Positions 58,160 to 64,000 of a stretch of DNA of 64,000 bases are shown one piece after another. The translations under genes and the position numbers were made by a program. This stretch comes from an uncultured Gemmatimonadales bacterium. GTDB lineage: Bacteria > Gemmatimonadota > Gemmatimonadetes > Gemmatimonadales > GWC2-71-9. Each line of letters opens with the position of its first letter. The stretch's first letter is position 1. Location of the stretch: positions 672,001-736,000 of the forward strand of contig CAWHFW010000005.1 of the NCBI GenBank assembly GCA_963828735.1, given 5' to 3'. The notes under the pieces were generated by a model, which made no database searches, was not told where the DNA came from, and was given only the letters and a program-made list of their open reading frames with translations.

Positions 58160-59124
58160 TGCTTCCCGGCCACAGGTTTGCCGAAGATGACCGCGCTCGG
58201 GTTGCGCTCCAGATATCCGCTCAAGAGGCGGACGGAGCGCGCAGCCGCAGAAACCTCCTGCAACGTCCGGGTGAGCTCGTACATCACGGAGGGATCGTTG
58301 ACGGTTGCGTCGGTGTGCTGCAGGACCTGGTCGGCCTGATCCATCATCGCCCCCGCCTTCACGCTGGTCTGGTGGAAATCCGCCGTCAGCTTGGAGACGT
58401 TGCTGTCGAGCCCGGTGGCCAGCTGTGACACATTGCCGGCCGCGTCGCCCAGCCGGCCTGCGACATTGCCAAGGGATCGGATCGTCAGCTTCAGGTCCGG
58501 CGAGCCGACCAGTTGGTGCAGGTCCGAGATAGCTTGCCGGGCAGAATCGACGAGGCCCTCGAGGTCGCTTGCTGCCAGCTTGGTGAGTACTTCCGTTACC
58601 GCCGTCCGCGCCTTCTCGCTCGAGGACGGCTCGGTCGGAATCTCGCGGTACCGGAACTTGCGGGTGCCCGGCTGTTGGACCAAGACGGTGGGGCTGCCGG
58701 GGAAATATTCCAACGCCACAAATAGGACCCCGGTGACGAAACTCTCGGTCTGAAGCTGCCCGCGAAGCCCGGCATCGATCGCGCTCCGATACTCCGCCGG
58801 GCTATTGAGAATGGTCTCGCTGCCACCGAGACTGGTAATCTTATCGGGGTCGATCCCGATGATGACCGGTATGCGGAACACGCTCTGGTCCCGCTTCAAC
58901 TGGAGCCGGATGTCTTGAACGGAGCCGATCTCGACCCCGCGGAACTTGACAGGCGCTCCAACGCGGAGGCCGTTCACTGAACCAGCGAAATAGAGCACGA
59001 ATGTGTAGGTCCGGTGAAAGTAGCGACCGGAGCCGATCAGAACGACTGCCGTCACAGCCAGCAGCACTGCACCAACCACGAAGGCGCCGATCAGAGTTGG
59101 GCTGACACGCTGGTTCATCGTCAT
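58156..59124 (-). CDS. mlaD: MlaD/MCE family protein
   Basis: SVNGLRVGAPVKFRGVEIGSV, YLERNPSAVIFGK. Confidence 0.9.
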   Translation of the reverse strand: MTMNQRVSPTLIGAFVVGAVLLAVTAVVLIGSGRYFHRTYTFVLYFAGSVNGLRVGAPVKFRGVEIGSVQDIRLQLKRDQSVFRIPVIIGIDPDKITSLGGSETILNSPAEYRSAIDAGLRGQLQTESFVTGVLFVALEYFPGSPTVLVQQPGTRKFRYREIPTEPSSSEKARTAVTEVLTKLAASDLEGLVDSARQAISDLHQLVGSPDLKLTIRSLGNVAGRLGDAAGNVSQLATGLDSNVSKLTADFHQTSVKAGAMMDQADQVLQHTDATVNDPSVMYELTRTLQEVSAAARSVRLLSGYLERNPSAVIFGKPVAGKQ

Positions 59125-59900
59125 GGATTTCCTCCCCGCGTCAGGAAGCTCCGAAGGGTGGGGTCCTGCGTCCGGGCCAATAGCTCCTTCGGGGGACCGC
59201 TGGCCGTGATCGCCCGGCTCGGCATGTCGAGGTAGATGCTGTGGGTGCCGATGGCGAAGATGCTGGCCAGGTCGTGGCTGACCACCACCAGGGTGATTCC
59301 GAGGCTGTCGCGCAGGTTGAGAATCAGCTCGTCCAGCCGGCGCGCGCTGATCGGGTCGAGCCCGGCCGATGGCTCGTCGAAGAACAGGATGTCGGGATCC
59401 AGCGCCATGGCCCGAGCCAATCCGGCTCGCTTCTGCATCCCGCCGCTGATCTCCGACGGGTAGTAGTCCTCGAAGCCTTTGAGGCCCACGAGCGCGAGCT
59501 TGAGTGCGGCGACCTGGCGGATCTCGGCGGACTTGAGATCGGTGTACTCCTCCAGCAGCAGCCCGATATTTTCACTCAGGGTCATCGCGCTCCACAGGGC
59601 GCCGCCCTGAAACAGAACCCCAACATCTTTGAGAATCCGTTCCCGCTGGCTCGGGTCCGCCGTCGTGAAGTTTTCCCCCTCGTAATAGATGCTGCCGTGC
59701 GCCGGCTGGTTGAGGCCGATCAGGTGTCGCAGCAGGGTGCTCTTGCCGCTCCCGCTGCCGCCCATGATGATGAAGACATCGCCCCGGTTGACGGTGAACG
59801 TCATGTCGCGCATCAGCACGAAGCTGCCGTATGCCATGGTGAGATCGCGCACGGTGATGCAGGGCGTCGCTCCCTTTCCGGCGACGGACTCGTCGGCCAT
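59121..59900 (-). CDS. mlaF: Mla-type ABC transporter ATP-binding protein
   Basis: GGSGSGKS, ISGGMQKR, FFDEPSAGLDP. Confidence 0.92.
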   Translation of the reverse strand: MADESVAGKGATPCITVRDLTMAYGSFVLMRDMTFTVNRGDVFIIMGGSGSGKSTLLRHLIGLNQPAHGSIYYEGENFTTADPSQRERILKDVGVLFQGGALWSAMTLSENIGLLLEEYTDLKSAEIRQVAALKLALVGLKGFEDYYPSEISGGMQKRAGLARAMALDPDILFFDEPSAGLDPISARRLDELILNLRDSLGITLVVVSHDLASIFAIGTHSIYLDMPSRAITASGPPKELLARTQDPTLRSFLTRGGNP

Positions 59901-61030
59901 CAGACCCCCAGGACGTAGAACAGGAAGGCGAACACGCCACAGGCCACGATGATGGCAACCAGGCTGGTCACGACGGCGGAGGTGGCTGCCCTCCCGACGG
60001 CCGATGCGCTGCTCCCGGCCTGCAGGCCGCGCACGCAGCCGGCACCCGCGATCAAGCCGCCGTACACGGCGCTCTTGAACACGCCACCGACGGTGTCGCC
60101 CAGGCGGACGGCGTGGGTGGTCTGCCCGATGTACATCGTCCATGAGAGATCCAGCATCCCGACGCCGATCGTCGCCCCGCCGATGATGCCGACGAAGTCC
60201 GCGTACAGGCAGAGCAGCGGCATCATCAGGACCAGTGCCAGGACCCGGGGGAGAACGAGAAATTCAGGGATCGAAAAGCCCGCGGTCGTGAAGGCGTCGA
60301 GCTCCTGCGTGACCTTCATGGTGCCAAGCTCGGCCGCAAACGCGGCGCCGGTGCGGCCCGCCATGAGGATGGCGCTCATCAGCGCAGCCATCTCCCGGGT
60401 CATCGCCACACCGACCAGGTTGGCGACATAGATCTGTGCGCCAAACTGTTTGAGCTGGATGGCGCTGACGAATGCGAGAATGACCCCCACCAGGAAACTG
60501 ATCAGCGTCACGATCGGGAGCGCCTCGATCCCGCACTGCTGGATCAGCAACCAGAGGTCGGATGGCCGATAGCGCGCGGTCCTTCGGACCAGCCGAATGG
60601 ACGCCAGGGTCAGGTTGCCGAGGAACGAAAGGGTTTCGCCTCCTTCGGCGACGAGAGCGAGCGCGGGCGCGCCCAGGCGCTCGAGGAACGGGGGCGCGCT
60701 GAGGTCCTTGCGGGCGCCCGCTCGTTCGGGCACCGCCACGGCGAGGTCCAGAAGGTTGTGCAGTCCGGCCGGCAGCGCCGTGGCGTCGAGCGCTACGCCT
60801 CGTTCGCGGCAGGTGTCGCTGACCCGGGCGAGGAAGACCAGCATGCTGCTGTCCCAGAGACCCAGCTCCTGGGTGTCGAACGCGACCCTCGTCGGGAGCG
60901 GCTCCCGCCGTAATTCGGTTTCGACGGCGGCGGCGGAGGCCAGCCCGTTCTCCAAGTTCCATCGTCCAGCAAGCCGAATCTGGAGGACATCGTTCTCGAG
61001 CCGGTCAATCGCGACGTGGTTCATCGCCAA
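59900..61030 (-). CDS. mlaE: MlaE permease with N-terminal STAS domain
   Basis: REMAAL, AGRTGAAFAAELGTMKV, VGRAATSAVV. Confidence 0.92.
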   Translation of the reverse strand: MAMNHVAIDRLENDVLQIRLAGRWNLENGLASAAAVETELRREPLPTRVAFDTQELGLWDSSMLVFLARVSDTCRERGVALDATALPAGLHNLLDLAVAVPERAGARKDLSAPPFLERLGAPALALVAEGGETLSFLGNLTLASIRLVRRTARYRPSDLWLLIQQCGIEALPIVTLISFLVGVILAFVSAIQLKQFGAQIYVANLVGVAMTREMAALMSAILMAGRTGAAFAAELGTMKVTQELDAFTTAGFSIPEFLVLPRVLALVLMMPLLCLYADFVGIIGGATIGVGMLDLSWTMYIGQTTHAVRLGDTVGGVFKSAVYGGLIAGAGCVRGLQAGSSASAVGRAATSAVVTSLVAIIVACGVFAFLFYVLGV

Positions 61031-61386
61031 GGTGCACCACCAACCAGTGGGGCCCGGCGCTGATCCCTGCTTGGGCTCCTGCCCGCCTGCCGCCGACGCG
61101 AGGAGACGGACGCGAGCAGACTCACGGCCCCAAGGTATGGTCGCACTCGCTTGACGCCGCGCCGCTCTGCTCTCATGGCGTACAAGCTAGGCTCCCTGGT
61201 CGGCGCGCTCGCGAACGCCGTTGAGGAACGAAATTGCGCTGCTCAGGAATCGACTAGCGGCGGTGCCGCCACCCCGCCTACGTGGCGGCCTTGCGGCCTG
61301 CAACAATGGCCTCGCCGCTTGCATCAACCGCGCCCAGGGTCACATTTGGCCGGACTACGTGTCCTCTTTCTAGGAGCGTCCGACCT

Positions 61387-61908
61387 ATGTCGAGTGGTCT
61401 GCTGATGCTGCTTCGCCTCGTTCACATCGTCGTGGGCGTCTTTTGGGTGGGCGCCGTCGCGTTCATTGCCTTCTTTCTCCTTCCGACCATTCAGAGCGTG
61501 GGAGCGGCCGGCGAGGCCGTCATGCGGCAGCTCAACCAGATCCGACGGATGCAGCGCTGGCTCACCGCGGCCGCCGTGTTGACCATCCTCGCCGGCCTCC
61601 TGCTCTACTGGCATGATTCCGCTGGGTTCGGGTCGGTGCAGTGGATGCGCTCCGGGCCCGGGGTCACGTTCGGCCTCGGTGCCGTGCTCGCCATTGCCGC
61701 TACGGGTTTCCACTCCGCGGTGATCGCCCCGGCCGCCCGGGAGCTGGCCGCCATCATGGCCCTCGCCGACGCGGCAGGCGGGCCTCCCTCGTCCGATCTC
61801 GCGACGGTACAGCGCCTGCAGGCGCGCCTGGCGTGGGGTGCCCGCACTTGGGCGGTGCTGCTGCTGCTCGCGGCGGCGGCCATGTCCGTCGCGCGATACG
61901 TCGGCTAG
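61387..61908 (+). CDS. Hypothetical membrane protein (DUF2269/CopD-like)
   Basis: AGGAG RBS; LRLVHI..FWVG; four TM segments. Confidence 0.75.
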   Translation: MSSGLLMLLRLVHIVVGVFWVGAVAFIAFFLLPTIQSVGAAGEAVMRQLNQIRRMQRWLTAAAVLTILAGLLLYWHDSAGFGSVQWMRSGPGVTFGLGAVLAIAATGFHSAVIAPAARELAAIMALADAAGGPPSSDLATVQRLQARLAWGARTWAVLLLLAAAAMSVARYVG

Positions 61909-62120
61909 CGCCAGCAGAGATCGTCGTGGCGGCGCGGACCCTGCAACTACCCGGCGCAGCCTCGTTCAACAGTTTCGAGCAGGACACGCGGAGAGGCCCG
62001 GTGTGAGTACTCCGAGCCCGACGTACAGCGTCCGGCCGCACAGCCGTCGGCGGAAGGGCATCAGTTTGGCATGCGAGTGGATTGACTTCCAGCAGCCGTC
62101 CCACCCGACCCCTGCTCCTC

Positions 62121-62744
62121 TCAACGATCGGGTAAGCGGGTTCCGCTCGTGACCGCGGCGCGCGCGTGCAGGTGCCGGAACCCGCCCTGGGCTCCGTAGC
62201 CAAGGACGTAGCCCAGTTGGATGTTGAGCACCCCGAGCGGCTCGAGCAGACGCGCGTTCTTGAGCGACCCCGCGTTCACCGCATCGAACCCGATGTCGCG
62301 GGCCAGCTCCGTCACCGTGGAGCGCGCCGCGTCGTCATCGCCCGCCACGAACGCGGTCAAGGGCTGCCCTTCCACCTGCCCCGTCTCCATGAGTCCGGCA
62401 AACACGGTGTTGAACGCCTTCACCACGTGGGCCCCCGGGAGCTTCTCTTGCAGCTCCTCGCCCCCACTGGTGGTGAAGCCGATCGCCAGACTGGCATGGT
62501 CGTTCAGCGCGTTGGTCACGTCCACGATCGGCTTCCCCGCCGTGACCGGCTCGATGATCTGGGCCACGTCGCCGACGGCCGCGAACGGCACCGCCAGGAT
62601 CACGACGTCGGCCCACTCGGCGACGTCCCGGATTGCTCGCTCGTCCTTTTCCACCGCGTTCACCTCGTGCCCGGCCCGCGAGAGTCCCCGGCTCAGGGCA
62701 CGAGCGACATGGCCCCGTCCCACGATTGCGATCTTCTTGGCCAT
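62121..62744 (-). CDS. NADPH-dependent F420 reductase / NADP oxidoreductase
   Basis: IVGRGHV, ILAVP, VDVTN, VVKAFNT, AGDD, ARLLEP. Confidence 0.9.
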   Translation of the reverse strand: MAKKIAIVGRGHVARALSRGLSRAGHEVNAVEKDERAIRDVAEWADVVILAVPFAAVGDVAQIIEPVTAGKPIVDVTNALNDHASLAIGFTTSGGEELQEKLPGAHVVKAFNTVFAGLMETGQVEGQPLTAFVAGDDDAARSTVTELARDIGFDAVNAGSLKNARLLEPLGVLNIQLGYVLGYGAQGGFRHLHARAAVTSGTRLPDR

Positions 62745-62797
62745 ACCCTTCCTGTCTCCTTTCATTTATTTGACCGCGGGGACGACGGGTACCGGCG

Positions 62798-63331
62798 TCA
62801 CCTGACAGCCTGGGTGGACCCTGGGTAGTGCTTGAACATCTTCTCGACGGCCTTGTTGAGGTTCCTCTCCCACCGTTCCGGACTCTGGCCCAGGTCCAGA
62901 TCCTTGGTCGCGGCGGCGCGCCAGACCAGCGAGTGGCTCTTCGCTTCGATCATGCCGACAACAAGCGTACCGACCGGCACCGGCTTGGCGCGGGCCCAAC
63001 TCGGGCCGCCGTCGGGAACGACCCCGCGGTTGGTGGAGCCGTTGAACTCCAGATCCTGCCTGAGGCCTACCTGGTAGAAGACCTGCACGTCCGGGTTCGC
63101 CGTGCTGTCCTCCTGGGCCAGCCCCTTCATCGCGAGCTGGCTATCCACGGCGGCGACGATGCGGGCGTGGTTGAGATCGTCGGCGGCCAGGGTCGTGCCG
63201 CCGACCCAGGCGTAGGTGCGGTAGGCGGCGAAGCTGGCGTGCCGGTCATAGTCGTAGTTCACGTCCTGTGCTGCTGCGCCTCGGGCCAGCAGCACCAATC
63301 CTGCAGCCCAGAGCAGGGTGATCGTTCGCAA
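62798..63331 (-). CDS. DUF4136 domain protein
   Basis: DYDRHASFAAYRTYAW, GTLVV, LVWR; TTG start with GAGG RBS. Confidence 0.85.
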   Translation of the reverse strand: MRTITLLWAAGLVLLARGAAAQDVNYDYDRHASFAAYRTYAWVGGTTLAADDLNHARIVAAVDSQLAMKGLAQEDSTANPDVQVFYQVGLRQDLEFNGSTNRGVVPDGGPSWARAKPVPVGTLVVGMIEAKSHSLVWRAAATKDLDLGQSPERWERNLNKAVEKMFKHYPGSTQAVR

Positions 63332-63386
63332 GTGACCTCTTCTCTTAGATGATGGAAAGCCACGTGGCCTGCCTCGAGCGAACAAC

Positions 63387-63971
63387 CTAGCCTTGGGACA
63401 CGGTCAGATCGTGGATGTCGCTGCTGAACGAAATTGCGGCCGCGGGTTGCCTCACGGCTTCGAGAACGATCTCGATATCGATACGTTCACCGATCATGAT
63501 GCCGTAGTTGTCCCAGGCAACGTTCCCACTCGCGCTAAAGTCCCGCCGTCTAATGGCTGTCTTGGCGGAGAATCGGGCACGCTCGGATCCCGACCGATCG
63601 AGAGCGACGCCGCTGCTCTCGGTCTCGAGTATCACCTCGCCCACCCGACCCTTCATCGTGAGCTCGCCGACGAGCTGGAACGCGTCCGCCTGCCGTGCGG
63701 TGACGTAGAGCGTCTGGAACGTGATGACGGGGTAGCGTTCGACGTCCAGGAAGTGTGCGGTCCGGAGGTCCGTGTCCCGCTTAGGTATGCCGGTGTCGAT
63801 GCTCGATGCGTCGATCACGACGTCCACGGTGGCGCGACTCCAGTCGCCGTCCGGAACCTGCACCGTCCCGCTCCAGCGGCTGAACCGGCCGCGCACCTTC
63901 GAGATCAAAAGGTGGCGCACAGTGAAATGGATTTCCGAGCTACTTGCGATCTCCCAGCGTTCGATGCTCAT
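63387..63971 (-). CDS. YceI family protein
   Basis: FTVRHL, VRGRF, SIDTG..RD, RRDF. Confidence 0.92.
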   Translation of the reverse strand: MSIERWEIASSSEIHFTVRHLLISKVRGRFSRWSGTVQVPDGDWSRATVDVVIDASSIDTGIPKRDTDLRTAHFLDVERYPVITFQTLYVTARQADAFQLVGELTMKGRVGEVILETESSGVALDRSGSERARFSAKTAIRRRDFSASGNVAWDNYGIMIGERIDIEIVLEAVRQPAAAISFSSDIHDLTVSQG

Positions 63972-64000
63972 CTTGGTCTCCTGTTTTGGTGGAGGCTCTG

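Overview
GC-rich bacterial chromosomal segment. The lipoprotein MltD, small orphan proteins and general gene style suggest Gemmatimonadota, but this is inference only. The left end (1-3.6 kb) looks like core genome: mltD-like transglycosylase, three hypotheticals and ilvE. The rest is a mosaic accessory region. It contains small detox/VOC genes, a caa3-type cytochrome c oxidase operon, a GT4-deacetylase-flippase operon and a stress/ion cluster (USP, VIT, iron permease, TrkA-C, MgtC-DUF4010). It also has an ArsR-SRPBCC/DUF899 module with a clear operator, DUF3300/DUF2950, a Ca/H antiporter, an Mla-type ABC system and several gene relics. Top candidates for a second look: (1) an Omp85/BamA-type barrel fused to an N-terminal atypical-kinase-like domain; (2) a Cyc2-like cytochrome-porin with a divergent cytochrome c and a membrane protein; (3) three tRNA 3'-half fragments at 48.9-50.7 kb, all broken at the anticodon loop, including an inverted tRNA-Gln pair with about 85 bp of shared arm flanking an SDR gene; (4) attC-like half sites directly before genes; (5) two pairs of unannotated paralogous small proteins. 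No intact tRNA, rRNA, CRISPR array, integrase or transposase was found. All family calls come from motif recognition by eye, with no database search.
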